This document shows, one piece after another, positions 1 through 38,463 of a stretch of 64,000 nt of DNA; the first letter of the stretch is position 1, and every line of letters starts with the position of its first letter. Source of the DNA: Chrysomallon squamiferum (Eukaryota; Animalia; Mollusca); assembly GCA_012295275.1 (NCBI GenBank), contig CM022670.1, positions 39,680,001-39,744,000 on the forward strand, in the 5' to 3' direction. The notes under the pieces are model-generated. The model was not told the origin of the DNA. It worked only from the letters and a program-made list of their open reading frames with translations, and made no database searches. Position numbers and translations under genes: made by a program.

Positions 1-246
1 TTATGTAATGATTTTTTATTATTATTATTACTATTTTTTAACATCGGTGATATATATTTATTCTTATACATAATTAAAGTTTATTTTTAATTTAGACCGT
101 TCTTATTCTTAATAGAATACTGATAAAATGCCAAATGTTTTATGTATAAGAATGTTAATAAACAAAATGATGCTTGTTTTATATTGTTTTTGTTTGTTTA
201 TATTTGTGTTGTTGGTTTTTTTTCAATTTGTTTTTGCGTTGTTTTA

Positions 247-248
247 TT

Positions 249-306
<58 letters not shown>
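247..306. repeat. (TAT)n microsatellite
   Basis: Directly visible; source of the poly-I, poly-Y and poly-L ORFs at 128-359. Confidence 0.95.
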
Positions 307-1026
307 CCTTTCAAAAGAGAAGTATTAAATTAATTTTGCTGTTTTGTGTGGAATTATAATGCTGACGAAGACACAAGTTTGTTATAAAGTTTAAAGTTTT
401 GGTCGGCAAGTGTATGAGTGGAGAACTTTGTGTTTATCCTGGAATCGAGCGTTAGATCCACTTGATCTCATTTCGCAATCAAACTATTTCTGGATGATCC
501 AGTTTTGTAACTTAATCTAACTTTTGATATTTAAGTTGTTTGTTGTTGAGTGTTTTGGGCGTGGGCTTTCTCTCTCTTTTTTTTTTTGATGTTATTTTTC
601 TGTCAAAATTATAAACTGCACTTCATTTCGATTTTTTTTCTCCCTCTCTCTCTTTCACGTTACTTCTAAAATATATACAAGATGAAAATAACAATTTATG
701 TAATAATAAACTAAAGTAACAAAACGCACTTTTATGTAACAATGATGGCATTTAAATAACTAGAGCCCAGATATGAAATGTTTTATTATTATTATTTTTT
801 ATTTTTTATTTTTTCGTTTAATTTATTCATTTATTTTTAGAAACACATATTCTGTTAGCTGAATGCTCTTGAAACAACATGATTTGTTGTGATATTTCTT
901 CATATCTAAATGCATGTTCACTTAATTGACGTAATGTAAAAACTAATATATTGGGTCTGCCAAAAACAAATAAACAAACAAACAAGCGGACTGAATTTCA
1001 AATCTGAATTTGATATCGAAACTCAC

Positions 1027-1140
1027 AGTTCCAGAATTTCCCCCACCAACCCGTACCATGACATGGAATGTACTGTCAATCAAGTGTCGTCTGGGAATAT
1101 CGTCTGGTTCTGACGTGTAAGTAGACAAAATGGCTGACAT
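1027..1140 (-). other. Possible first exon of a gene leaving the window to the left
   Basis: GC- and CpG-richer patch with a YY1-like caaaatggctgac motif and a consensus donor ACT|gtgagt at 1026. The peptide MSAILSTYTSEPDDIPRRHL... is not recognised. Confidence 0.25.
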
Positions 1141-1600
1141 CGATCTCACTCCAACTATTTAGTTATTAGTCCTTATTATTATTATTATTGTTATTTATGA
1201 TTAAATATACGTGTGTTTGTGTACAAAAATAAAATGCTCCGTGAATGTCTGAGTCGATCCTTTCATGTTAGTTTGCTTTGATGATGGATGGGAAACTGTG
1301 TTCGTCTGATTTTTAGAGAAAAAATGTTCAGGTACTGAACCCTCCTCTGCTCTGCAAGCCCTCATTTACAGACAAGTTGACAGGGTACGTTACGAGGTTT
1401 TTAATTCATAATAAACCGTTTTAAATTCATTTATATGACATTATTACATTTTAACTTCAGTATATTACACTTATGAGGACATCAGTATATAAATATTTAA
1501 ATGTTAAACCGGAGATATTAACGAACCACGACAAAAGTTTTGGGACTGCGAAAAATTAGTTTTTCTATTTTCGTCTGCTTTTTGTCTCATCGCATCTAAG

Positions 1601-1993
1601 ATACTACTTTCACGTCTGGATAGAGATTTAATTGTGACTTGTTTCACTCAGAAAAGTTGGCGCGGTGCAAGAATTATAAAGGAATTTCCTGCAAAGAAGT
1701 GGGATACATCATCAGCAAAGAGAATGATTTAAAAACAAAAAGCTGAAAGTGCAGAATCCAGTGACAGGAAAATGGGAAGAATCCGACCTGAAACGGAATG
1801 TACACACGAGAATGTTCAGCATGTTGATGAAGCTATTTGCTGCCTGGTATACGAAGACGGAATGGATAATTTCACTGAGGAAGAACAAAGGATTAAAATC
1901 AAAGACAGTTGGGAAAAGATACTGTTGAGTAAGTTCAGCGCTACATTTCAAAGTGTCTGCCAGCAGTTTGCTGGGAAAACGGAGGACTTTTGA
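1601..1993 (+). mobile_element. Degenerate, internally deleted Tc1/mariner-superfamily transposase relic
   Basis: One frame reads LSRLDRDLIVTCFTQKSWRGARIIKEFPAKKWDTSSAKRMI*KQKAESAESSDRKMGRIRPETECTHENVQHVDEAIC, resembling the N-terminal HTH and GxGRP region of mariner-like transposases. It is fused to a C-terminal-like piece (IKIKDSWEKI...). There is an in-frame stop at 1730 and no DDE/D core. Recognised by motif memory only. Confidence 0.6.
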
Positions 1994-4900
1994 TCATCTG
2001 TTCAAGTAAACCAATAGTAAAATGACATTCTTACATTTCGATATTAATTTTTTATTTCGCCTCATGTTTATATCAAAAAAAAAAAAAAAAAAACCCCTAA
2101 CCAGAAAGTGTAGATATTGAATTTTTGTCCAATAACGTGTCTTTAATAATGTAGATTTTTTAAAACTAAAATTCAGGTTTTTGTTTTTTGTTTTTTGCCA
2201 GCCCGATATAATTTAATGAGTATGGCGTAGCGCATTATATATTTGTTGTTTGGCAGTGTCTAGAAAAAGGCATCATTCGAGAGGGTCGTCAAAAAGAACT
2301 GATCATGGAAGCTATCCAGCCTCAAACATTTACTTAGATACAAGTCAAAATAGCGAGGTGAAATAAAATGAAATGATCGCAAACGATTCAACTGATATTT
2401 ATCAAGAAATTCACTAATTAAAAACAAAAAACAATATTTTTCTTCTTTTTTTTCTTAAATAAATAACTAAGAAAGAAATGAATTAACGGATGTTAATTTC
2501 ACAATATTTTAACAAAGTCCTATCGATTTCTTAATTTCTTCTGCTTATTATAATTTCTATTTAAATACATTTTACTTTTCGTACATTACATCATCCTCGC
2601 ATTCTTTAAATGTACTTTTTCATGTTTTGTTAGTCTCTTAAATACGTTAGATCAGTCTATCATCCGTGAAATAACAAACAAGATAACAAAACAACGTGGA
2701 ATCATAGCGATTTAATGAATGTAGTTGCTGATTACAGTATTTGATGGCCGTAACAATTTGTAACCTAGAACATTATGGAAAGAGCTAAAATAACCGACCT
2801 CAGCATGTTTATCAGTTTTTACTGTTTTGCTTATGTAGATTACAGCAGTTAAAAATGTTTTCTTACTTACAATAATAACAATTTTATATTTTATCTGTGA
2901 AGACTATACTCCTACTAATAATGAAAATAAAGATTTCAGCGATTATATTTACATGTCGATTGTAATTTGATGAAATTGGCATTTCAGAAAATACGTCTGC
3001 TTATGAATGCTTTAAGCTGTGGGCGCTTAAGAAAATATGAAGTGGATTTCTAAATTTAAAATTCACCAAAAACAAAATTTATAAATCTCACAGGTACAAT
3101 GAAAATATTTTGAACAATCCATTTATTGTTGTGAAATTTAAAAACAAAAAAAAAAACACACAAAAGATTTTTATAAGATTTTTTAATAATTTTTATTTTG
3201 TTTTGTCTTTTTGTCATAAAACACATTATGATTTGTTATTAATCATGAAACGCTAAGCCATAAAACCAAAACTGCAAGTAAATGAATGGATTTTACTTTC
3301 CTATCAGTGTGTTATCTAATTTAATTAAATCTGGTAATTAAATCTAATTAATGTAATGGAAAATTTCAAATTCAATCAATGCACTTACTGTGACAGCGTG
3401 GTGGTAAACAGAAGCTTTAACCCCAGATACAAGGTTAAATTTCATTTATGAATAATAAATGGTCCCTTGAAAACTGTTTCGGTGTATTTTGTAATATTAG
3501 TATAGTAAAACCATGTTATAACATGCCTTTAAGTAATACAAATTAAGAGATAAAAATGATTATACAAAACCAAACTTTTCATTTTGCTTTTCTCTTTCTT
3601 TTAATAATCGTTTTTTTGACCATACAACAAACAACATTACTGATCCAAATTCGTTCATTTAACCGAGTTCAACTGTAAATTATTTTAGGACTATCACACA
3701 CTTTAACTTTGTTTAGCAAAACCAAAAATATAACAGCATAACCAAAAACACCATAAAACTTTGTTTTATCATGACATAAAAAACGGTTTTATCAATATAG
3801 CGAGTAACTGCTGTTAAATACCTGTTTCAAAAAATACATTTATGTACTGTCTGAAACAGCAATACAAACTGTTCTCTATCATCTGAATAATGACTACCTG
3901 CGTAGCTACAACTGTTTAACTATTCTCTCGTGAGTATTAAAAACAAACAGGACTTGTTACAGTCCTCTTGTCAAACGAAGTATTGACTAGACGCGATAAC
4001 ACTGGACTGTTAAGTTTATAATCAGATTCCATTAATAAATGCAGTTTATACAACAAATTCGCTGTTTATATTGTCTGTTAAATGTCAAGTACATTTATAC
4101 ATCACTGTAGTATTTTAAAAATAAGACAAAAAAAAAATAAAATAAAATAAAATAAAATTAAAATAAAATAATAATAATAATGATAATAATAAATATATAA
4201 TTAAATAAATCAGTACAATAGTAAATATTAAACAAATAACTGCTTATAATAAATTTGACAATTAGATAAACTTTTATCTATTACAAAAAAAAAAAAAAAT
4301 TTAACAAATAAATAGAAGCTAAAATAATAATTAAAAAAATATTCGTAATATATTATAAATAAATAATAATTATAAAAATTTAAATACCATTCAGTATATT
4401 TTTTTATTTCACCTACAAAAATACAACCTGTTCGTTATTCTAATTTGGCTATTCCCCAATAACTAAACATTTACTTGTCAACAACAACACTAAAAATCTT
4501 TTGTCCATACAATCAAAATTATCACCTGTGTTAACAGTAATTCTCAATCTATCACAAACTATGCACAGTTATAATACACATTCTCCTTATTATATACAAA
4601 CACTGACACAAAGCTAGCTAAAAATTCAACCTGTCCAAATAAAACAAGTGTATATGATACAAGTCAGTGATTTATATCTTCACTATTTACACAGCATGGC
4701 AAATGCCAAAAAAAATAAAAAAAAAAAAAAAAAAAAAAATTAAGGAATTTATGATTGCCAAAAATCTACATCTGTTATATACAATAAAATGTAGAGCTAC
4801 ATGCAACTTTGCATTTTTTGACATTTGGAACAATTACAGTACACTGATACAACCAAAACAAAGAGTCATACATGCACAGCATTCTGAAGATGGTATTTAT

Positions 4901-5070
4901 TTCCCCACAGTGCAGATGAATATTTTAACAATAATCAGCAAAGTAACACCCCACAAGAATGCACAGAACATCTGCAAATGATGTAAAAAAAAACCCAGAC
5001 AAAATGATATAGAGACAAAGTTCCCACATTAATAAAAATAAACTGTTCACTGTTGAGCAAACAGATCTTT

Positions 5071-5105
<35 letters not shown>

Positions 5106-5289
5106 CTGAGGTGTATTACTTATAGGCTGTAATGAACAAATAATGTCTGGTTTAAAAAGACAAGTTTGAACAATTAAAAAAGCAACAAAACAACAACAGT
5201 ATTATATAATGAATCAAATAAATATCTAATGCAGTTAATAAAAAAAGGCTTAAGAGTCTGTTTAGGCAAATGGGTTGATAACACAGTCC

Positions 5290-5745
5290 AGTCTAAAACA
5301 CACTGAAAGTCAGTCTGTTTAACCAGATGAACTGATAGACCTAGACAGATCAGTCAAATATGTTAAAAGTCATTCCATTTAGTTAGATGGTCTGTAAGAC
5401 ATACAGAATTTAGTCAAGTATGCTGAAAGTCCACAGTCAAATATGTTAAAAGTCATTCTGTTTACAATGGTTTGACAAAAAACATTCATGTTAAAAGTCA
5501 TTCTATGCAGTTAAGATGGTTTAATATACAAAATCTGGTTCTCTGCTGTGAAAGTCCACAGTTAGATATATTAAAAGTAACTGTATTTTGTTAGATGCTT
5601 TGATAGACATACAAAATTATGTTACATGTACTGAAAGTCCAAAGTCAAATATATTAAAAGCAACTGTATTTTGTTTGATGGTTTGATAGACCTACAAAAT
5701 ACAGTTAAATATACTGAAACTATACAATGACATATGTTAAAAATC
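5290..5745. repeat. Degenerate tandem repeat (~65-70 bp units) downstream of EPS15
   Basis: Recurrent atatgttaaaagtca(ttc) ... gttagatggtttgatagacatacaaaa ... ctgaaagtcca motifs. Confidence 0.7.
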
Positions 5746-6457
5746 TTGTGTGGAGTGAAAAGTAAATTGAGAATCAATTCAAAAGATTCAGTTTTGTTAG
5801 ATTACTTGTTATTGGTGACATAAGATACATTCCTCCATTGAGTCAGCTGTTGGTTATAAAGAACAAACTTGTTAAAAGTAACACATCGACAACACTTAAT
5901 TAAGCTGGAACAACTTCATTTTGATACTTAAATTACTTGACAGATACTTTTTAACTTTTAAAATAATTTTTTTTTTTAATTACAGACATACATCATACCT
6001 CTTATAACAAAAATACTCCTACAAGTTTTTTTTGTATTTGTTCATGGTTTTAGGTAAAACATTAACTCATGTGACAACAGTATCAAACACAATCTTAAGT
6101 TTTATATTGTTACATAATAATTACAATTTCTCATTATAGACATTACACATATGTACACACAAATGCACACTTACAAAATCTGGTATACAGCTGTAACTGA
6201 ACATTTTAATACTTGTTACAGTGGGTATTAAATGGATTACGGATTTTGTTAAGGTTTTTAATTTAATTAACAAGATTAATATAATTATTTTCTCACTGAC
6301 TCCCAGTCATAAATCAGAGTAAATTTATTCAGCCATAAAAAACTGAACATCAATAATCTTTTCAATATACAAAGTATTTCACAACAAAAAAAAAAAAAAA
6401 AAAAAAAAAAACATTATTAATTTTTCTTTTCCAAACTGCAGACAAAATTAATCAAGA

Positions 6458-6495
<38 letters not shown>

Positions 6496-7163
6496 TTTTA
6501 ATTTCATTTTTAATGTTATTACTATTACATATTTTAATATGCATACATATAAATCCTACCCTCCTTGAATAATTTATATAAAAATGTTTTATTTTATTTA
6601 TACAAGGTTTTAAAAATTTCTGAACTAAATACTATTCTTTCTGTAAACAAGGAATTTAAGATCAATGTATGCAGCAATAACAAAAAAATGAAATGAAAAC
6701 AATTCTTTGTGCATCTTAAGCAACTCTAACAAAGTGAAAGTGCAAATACAACAAATAATGAAAATTATAATAAAAAAATAAAAAATAAAATAAAATAGAA
6801 ACACATTGTAATCTAAATATTCTAAGTAACTCGATTCTGAAATAATAATAAATAACCAAACAAAAATATTGCACCAGATACTGTTTCTATAGCAAACACA
6901 TACTAAATTAAGCCAAGATACAAACAATGACTAGCTTTCATGTCTTCACATTCTGTTTTTAACTATAAAACTTATTAATTAAGCCAATTAATTAATTAAT
7001 ACTGCTACAGTTCATCTGAAATTGCAGCCAGTTTAAATCAAAACCCAGGTTCTAAAATTTCAATCCAGTCATTTCAAAGCAGCTCAGAAAAACATTAAAA
7101 TAATTATTTGATTTTTGGATCTTATTTTCCAAATGTTATTTTAATTTCTATTTATTTATTAAT

Positions 7164-7205
<42 letters not shown>

Positions 7206-7391
7206 AAGAATATTAATAAAAATTATGTTGGTTATTGGTTGATAAAAGATCCTAATTAGTAATAATGGTATTATAATAAATCCAAGACACTTTAGCTTTC
7301 AGATAAAGTGTAAAAGAGGAATTCCAGACACATTAAAATACAGATTATATGTGCCAAAGAGGTTATTTGCCAACATGCTTCATGCTATCTG

Positions 7392-7422
<31 letters not shown>

Positions 7423-7989
7423 TCCATTAAAATAAGTTTAAAATTTCACAATACACACACCACCAAAGTAATTTCTTTTTTATCCTAAAACATGCAACCT
7501 GTTGATTCCTACCAGCTAATTTTCTTGTAAACCCAAATACATCAATTTCAAACCAGAAGAAAAAATAAATTTTTCCAAAATGAAATAAAAGTATAAACAA
7601 AACTGAAGTAAAGTATATAAAAGAAACAACCTCACTGTGTTTGCTTCAAGTGACACATTATATTTTCAGTTTCAAGTGACATATTATATTTTCAGTTTGC
7701 ACACAAAACAAACAAGCTGTGAAGTTCAGCAATGTAAAAAATTAAAAAAAATTAACTGGAACTATGACTTACGCTGCCTCACTTAGTCTCATTTCCTGAA
7801 TTTTGTTCACTTTGTAAAGATAAGCAACAACAACAACAACAACACCACCAATTTGACCGGAATTATTAGTAAAATATTGAAATTTAATACTGACTGTTTG
7901 TTATTATTATTTTTATTTATTTTTATTTTTTTTTTTTCCCTTCAGAAAAAAAAGAACTGTGACGAGGTCTGTACCATGGTTACATTAAA

Positions 7990-31066
<23,077 letters not shown>

Positions 31067-31105
31067 GTCAGTTGCTGGGACGTAAAGATAAATCTGATTG
31101 GTCAA
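31067..31105 (-). promoter_or_regulatory. Probable EPS15 proximal promoter with CCAAT box
   Basis: The minus strand reads GACCAATCAG at 31103-31094, about 30 bp upstream of gacATGGCGGC. Confidence 0.45.
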
Positions 31106-33016
31106 AGGAAAAAAAAAAAAAAAAAAAAAAACATATTGAAAGAAAAATTAAAGGCGCTAGAGGCGTATTATGATTTTGTCTCTTCTGGTCAAGTGTAATT
31201 GATAATTTAATTTAATAAATGCCCACGTATTTTATATTCATGATATTATCTGACAAAAAAATAAATAATAATAATTACAGAATTCAATAACTGCAACCAA
31301 GCCAATATTGACTAATGTAATATTTATTTTCTTTCCGCGATTGTTCACCTCCAAAAATAAGTAAATAAATAAACAAATAAGAATTTAAAAGATTATTTAA
31401 GTCAAAAACAATGCAAAAAATATTTGATAAATAATAAATTGTATATTTCTTATTATTATTTACAATGTGTCTTCAATGCAAAAATATAATTGACGTTTTC
31501 CTTTATAATGAAATTAATTTCAACTTTTAAAATGCTTAAATATTAATGTGGTTATTTTCGTTTGGGCTTGTTCTGTTTGTATTTAATTTGATTTTTGCTT
31601 TATTGTTTGTTTTTTTAAAGATTTATTTTATATTAATTAAATTTTCTTATTTCCACTTTTAAAAAGATTCATTCATACATCCTAATGTAATGGATCTATA
31701 CTGATACTCTTCACTAATTTGTATTTTAGTTGTTATTATTGATTAATAGAGGATCTGAATTTTAATTGTCATACTTTATCAGTAGCAACAATTTTACACA
31801 TAAAACAATCAGTTGAAAGTATGAAACCAGTAATTTAAGACTGTTCACATAACAAATATATATCAATATGGATAGTAAAATTAAATATTTATTAGATATG
31901 AATTTTTAAAATAAATTATTAATTTTACTCATTAATTTTAACAAGCCAAAAGTGAAATATTAAGTAATTTGATATGCACTCAAAATAAAAGCAAAATGAG
32001 GATAACATAAAATAATCCAAACTTTCACTTAAAAACAAAAACACATACTAAACCATTATGTTTTAATTTCTCATTTCTTTCAACAGTTATTAAATAATAC
32101 ACATCTGTTGTTAAGTGACATTAAGAGATTCTTAACAAAATGAAACATTTTAAAATGGAAGCAACAACTTTGAATATTAAATATCCATGTAATTTTATAT
32201 GTCAATAGAATAAAACAAGTTTGTGTTTGTAGCTTAATCATAAACAAAATCTTGCATCTCTAGATCTTCAAAATTGCCAAATGTTTCTAAAATGTATTTG
32301 AATTTTAAAAACAGTAACCTATTTTAAATATTTTTCTCTGTTGTTTACAAAATAAAATAAGCAGACTAATGGAATACATTTCAGGTTTTTTTTTTTTTTT
32401 GCTGAATAACATTAATAATAATAATAAAAAAAATACAATTCTTAACAAATTTATTCAACAATTAAAGTTTTCTTTATTGTTTCAAAGCAAATAAAAAATA
32501 TAAACTTAAAATGAAGGCAATAATTGGTTTCTATAGCAATTAAATGGAATTTTTGCTTCATACACCATTTCTTATATTTTAAACAGTTTACCTTGTTTTG
32601 TCCCAATAAAAAATATTCTTCTTCCAGAAAATCATTCAGGGAAATCTTTGTTTCTGTCCATTATTTGTTTAAATCCTGATTTTTAACCCAGGAGGTTAAA
32701 ACTTTTCATATAAACAAATGTAATATATTAATGCACATTCATGCACTGAAGCTAACATACACCACACTCACACTTGCACACAAAATTATAACAGTCTGCC
32801 ATTTTGATTTGCTAATTCCATTAGAAATCACAGACTTCAACATGACAACAAAATTTTCCATTTTATTTAAAACATAAATTGTAGTAATCTGTTTTTTGTC
32901 CTTTTTCTCTTGACAAATGTTTGAAAAAAAAAAAACCTGGTAAAAGAAAGGTTTTATTATTGCATTGTCTCTGACAATTCTTCCACACAAGTAATATCAA
33001 ATTTTCTGGAATGTTC

Positions 33017-36000
33017 TCATCGTCTGCTGTCTTTTTCTCGTTTTCCTTCTTTCATTGCCTGCTTGCTGGCTTCTCTTCTTCTCTTTGTAATAGGATTACG
33101 AGGATCAAAGATTTCGTATCTGTCATTGTCAGTCACATTAGCGTCCAACACTTTCCGAGTTTTCTCAGCAAACTTCAACTTGTGGCACATCCTGAAACAA
33201 GAAAGAAAAGAAAATATCTGTCATTTAGTGATCTACTCAAAACAATTCTTAATGTGCTGGCTGGAGTGGACAAATAGCCAAATGGAAACACTAAGGTGAT
33301 TTCACTTAAAACAAAAATAATAATAAACCTGATAAATATCTCTCTTCTTTGCAATGTAGTAAATATCCTAAAACTTTACAGATCAAACAATGAATTACCA
33401 CCTCTAAAACAATTTCCATTAATTCATCAAAAAACAAAAATTAATGCTGCTGCTTAAAAGATGAAATATAAAAATCATATTTTTCTCGTGCTGACATAGC
33501 ATTTTCTAAGTTGCAATGAATTCAAATCAATATGGAGAAGCTCTAATAATGACTTACCACGAGATATCATTAGGATCATCATTTGTCTCTGTTTCTTCCT
33601 CCTTGTTTTCTTCTTCTTCTTCTTCTTCATCTTCAACATCTGAGTAATTACCAGCCAACTTCTTGGCTGCACTCAACTTGGCTTGAAACTTGGCCAGCAT
33701 TTCCAGTGTTGCTGCTTCTCGACTCTGACCCTTCGGCTGTTGTTTTCTTAGTTCTTTGAACTTTTGTCTTTCTTGTTTATATTCAGCTAACATATCTGTT
33801 TTAGGCATTTCATCTGTAAAATTAAGAGCAGTTACTGTTAAATTAAGGTTTATCCTTATTTGTGGATATATTCTAAATTAAAAAATAAAACATCCTTTGT
33901 GGTCTACTTACTTTTTGTCCACTTACCCTAGCACACTGACCATTATGTTAGTGTAAATGTAACCATTCTGAATTAGCACAGTTGTATTTACAATATATAA
34001 TCAAGATATTTTTTATGATGTTTATAATCCAAATTTTAATAATATCAACTGTTGCTAAATATATTTCAAATGTTACTTAAAACAAAACTCATATGTTAGT
34101 TCTGTTTGTTATGGATTAATTATTTTATTTTGGAATAATGTAATATAAGACAAACAAATTAAAATTTTATTAATAATATGTGTATGTATGTAAGTGAACT
34201 TAATCCACAAGAACAATTATTTCATACGATATTTGGTGCTTTCTTCTGATACATTATCTTTTGACTTCTCTTCTTTCTCAGATTTTTCTTTTTGTTTTTT
34301 GGCATCATTCAGTTCTTTTTGTAGTTTCCTTACTTCAGCTCGCAATTCTTCACTGAAAGAAAAAAAATGAGATACCAATACAAAAGTCTTTTTACTACTT
34401 GATAAACATTATATTTATTATTAAATAAATCTTGCATGTGTTATAATTTTTGCTTAATCACTGCTGTTTGAAATAAAAAGTATTCAAATTCCACAATATC
34501 AAAAAGCCTTTTGGATAAAAATATTTGTAGTTTATAATGAAAGACGAGTACAAAAAATAAATAAGAAAACCAGTTAGATATTTATATGGTTATCATTAAT
34601 AGATCTGAATAATTATTTAGTAAACTGAATTCCACTATTTATACCTATACAATGAATTTGAAAAAATAAAAATATATTTTATGACCGGAAATGAATAAAT
34701 GACTAATATCTGCTAAAACTTTAGAAGTACTTAATCTTTTTCATTATAAAAAAAATAATGATTATTTAATTTAGAAAACAGAAAAAGTACAATTACCTGC
34801 GACTTAGAGCCTTTTTATCATCTTTCCTTTCATCTACAATTTTATCCGATTTAGAATCAACACCTTTGTCATTTGTCTTTTTATCAACACTCTTTTTTGA
34901 ATCAGAAACAGTTTTACTGTCAGATTTTTTGTCCTCAGAACTATGTTTTTTGCTCTCTGATGATTTTTTGTGATCACTTCTCTTGTCAGGCGATTTCTTT
35001 TCTTCACTCGACGATGAATGCTTTTCTCCATCTTCTTTTCTTGATTTCTTCTGAACTTTTTCTTTACTGCTGTCATTCTATTACAATTAATAATAAGACA
35101 CAATTAAAAACAATCTTCAGAAAACACCATACGGTCAGTGCTCTATTTTCCTTTCTTGTACTAATTACCATATACATTTTGTGTTAATTACTATGTTTTG
35201 ATATGGTAACATTTTCTCAACTCCTGGAGAATAGATAATCCATATTTAAAAGCTTGTGAGTTTTGAATAAGGTAAAATAAATATATGAAGAATATATATG
35301 CTGGAATGCTTCTTTATCTTACAAAACGATTATTTGTATATTATACTGAAACTAAAATAAATGATATCAAACGTAATTATTAACCATAAAAAAAACAGGC
35401 AATAATTCACCTTTCTTCAGTATCAGTGTTCCATTAACAGAAATCTAACATCAAAACAGAACAGAAATTAAAATATCTATTAATATATCAGTGACTGACA
35501 AATCAGTAGTTTAGTGATTAGAATGCAGATCCAAGCCAGGATCATTCACAGAATTAATCCATTATCAGTGAACCAACTGCGGCATTTCCCGAAAAGCCTT
35601 GATATGTGATATCTACTTTAGGAGAAGACGCTTATAAAAAAAATGATAGGTGAGTCAGCATCAGGTTTTCTCATGACTGTACAAGGTCCAGAGATATTAT
35701 TAAACATTCATTCTGGATACAAAAAGAAAAAGGATGTATGTTACTTCAGGATCACTGACACTGTCCTCCTCTGTTTTCTTCCTCTTCTTGCTGTCCTTCT
35801 GTTTTTCTTCATCCACATCAATCTGCACTGCTGGAATCGAGCTCAGCTTGGGGTCGTTTATCAAGTCATGACTGCTCTTGCTTTTACCGCGCATTGTCTG
35901 AATTTAAGAAAACAAAATTTTAAAAAATTTGATTAAAAAGCAATCAGGTCAGACTGAACATTCATCTGGTATCAGTAAGTAATCAGAAAATTTCAATAAA

Positions 36001-38418
36001 TTGCATATCCGAGAGGTTGAATGTTTGTGTGTGTGTGTGTGAAGGATGTTTGCATGTTAAATTACCTCAGTCAATAAAGTAATAATTAAATCAAAAGTTA
36101 TTTTCACAGAACTCAAACTAAACTGATTTGAAGTAAGTGTAATATTTTCAGCAAATAAAAATTAAAATACCAGGTTGTGGAAAGTTTTTGCTCAAATTTT
36201 TTAAACAAGAATCTGAACAAAGTTATTAATATAAAGAAAAACAATTTGTACTTTTGTCGCCTTGTTGGTTTCTTCTTCATCTTCCTCAGCCTCTTCACCA
36301 AAAGACAAGAGACTAAAATTTCTGAAAAAGTAATTAAATGTATTGATTAAAATCAAATGGTCAGTCAGTTTTTTTCAAATTATCATTATGCCTCTCTTTT
36401 AATATATTTTACATCAGTCATATTCTAGGAAATTAAAATACCATTTGGAGGAACGTTAAACAAATATAATTTATTATTTAAGTTTTTAACAAAGTGTTAA
36501 GATGCTTCCAATCACTAAATATATATTTTAGTACATAGTCTATCTTAATATGTTAACCATTTTACTTTTCTGTTATGAATTGAAAAAATTAAAAACATTT
36601 TAACAGTAACACCATAAGGATTTTTTTTTTTTAAATGGGGGAAGAAAAGAAGAAAAAAAAAGAAAAAAAAAGAAAAAAGTAAAAAAAATTTAGGAAAATA
36701 AATCTTTTAATTTTAACTCTATAAAACAAGTGTATTACTCACTTTGTAGCTTTTGATTTGCTTTGTGTTTTCTTTACATTATCAGCAACCTTTTTAATTT
36801 TTTTAATATCTCTGGGAATAATGTCATCAAAAGGATTTGAAAGAATCTAAAACAAAAAGCACATTAATATTTGATAAACATTTATATATTTCTTTTCTGT
36901 TTTCTTTTTTCTTTTGTTCTGATTAAGTTACAAAAACAAACATTTACTTCTATATTTTACTATGAACTATAATAAAATGATATGAGTTTCATAGCAATGG
37001 GAATGAAATCTTGCCGTATAATTATTTCATGTGGTTAATGCTAAAATCTTAGGAAAATATTTGTGTAAAAAATATTAATACTAAATAAAAACAGAAGGTA
37101 GAAAAAGATTACTTCAGTTTTGACAATCTTGTGAGGGTAAAGTGGTCTCTCATCATCGTTGGTTTCCACTTCTTGAAGTTTGAGCATGTTATACAAAGTC
37201 TCTCCAACAACCTGAAGTGAAATTCTATAGCATAAAGTTAACTGATATTTTTAACCCGATTATTAATTCATTTTTGTTACTTTTTTAAATCTAAATTTAA
37301 ATATTTATTTATGTATTATTATTACTTCTTTTTTTTTAAACAGAGAAAAAGAGATACTTAACTAAAAATAAAATGAAGATCTGTACTTTTTACAGCAAAA
37401 AACAAAATTAATTTAATAATTAATTATTATATTATTTAAATAAATTCACAAACCTTTCCAAAAATAGTGTGCTTTTTCTGAAGTTCTGGAGTTGGACCAA
37501 AAGTAAAGAAAAACTGACTTCCATTATCATCCGGGCCTCCATTTGCCATGGCAACAAGACCACGTCGACTAAATCGCAACCGGGAATGAAATTCATCCTA
37601 CAAATAAATCAATTAAAATGATACTTGCTTTCTTATGAATACAAACCTTTGATTATTTTAACTGTTATAAAACAAAAGTTTTCATTATAACAACCCAATA
37701 AAATAAAATCAAAAGCTGAATGTTAAAAATAGTCTTGGAACTAAACAAACTATTATTTCCAAAAGTATTCTAGAAAACAAAGATGAGGAAAATATGATGG
37801 GACTGCATAAATATGAATAAATATTTAAGTTTGAAATATGTATCTGCAAAAACATAAATTATTACTAAAATTAAAATACTTACTTTAAACGGACTTCCAT
37901 AAATGGAATCTCCACCATGTCCAGTTCCAGTAGGATCACCACCTTGGACAATGAAATCTCGTACAACACGATGGAATATTGTGTTGTCATAGAAACCTTC
38001 CATACAAAGCTGTACAAAGTTTCGACATGCCTTTGGTGTTTCTTTTGACCAAAGTTCAATGTCAATATCACCTGCTGAAGTTACCAGAAGTACCTGTAAA
38101 TAATAACACAAAAATGTGACTATGTATCTTTAGATTATCCCTGGTGCTTTTAGTTCAGTCCCACACATATATAAAGTTTCATGAGGAAATGAACTAATGT
38201 GACTTCCTCCTGGAGAAAACATATATTAACAATAGTGTTTGTCACATCTCTTGGCATTTCACATTTCTATTCATAATTTTCTGTTTTGCCAAGTACAAAT
38301 TCAACAAGTATCTCTTCTTTTGTAATAAATAACAAGTTTTAATATATTTTATTTGCTACATTTATTTCCTTTTTCTATTTCCTTCTTTAGAAAAAAATAA
38401 ATAAATAAATAAAAAAAA

Positions 38419-38463
<45 letters not shown>

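Noticed and set aside
128-359. Three overlapping ORFs with poly-I, poly-Y and poly-L
   Set aside because: Artefact of the (TAT)n microsatellite.
7773-7795. 23-nt minus-strand segment flanked by CAG and gtaagt
   Set aside because: It lies past the EPS15 stop codon and I found no downstream exon to join it to; may be chance.
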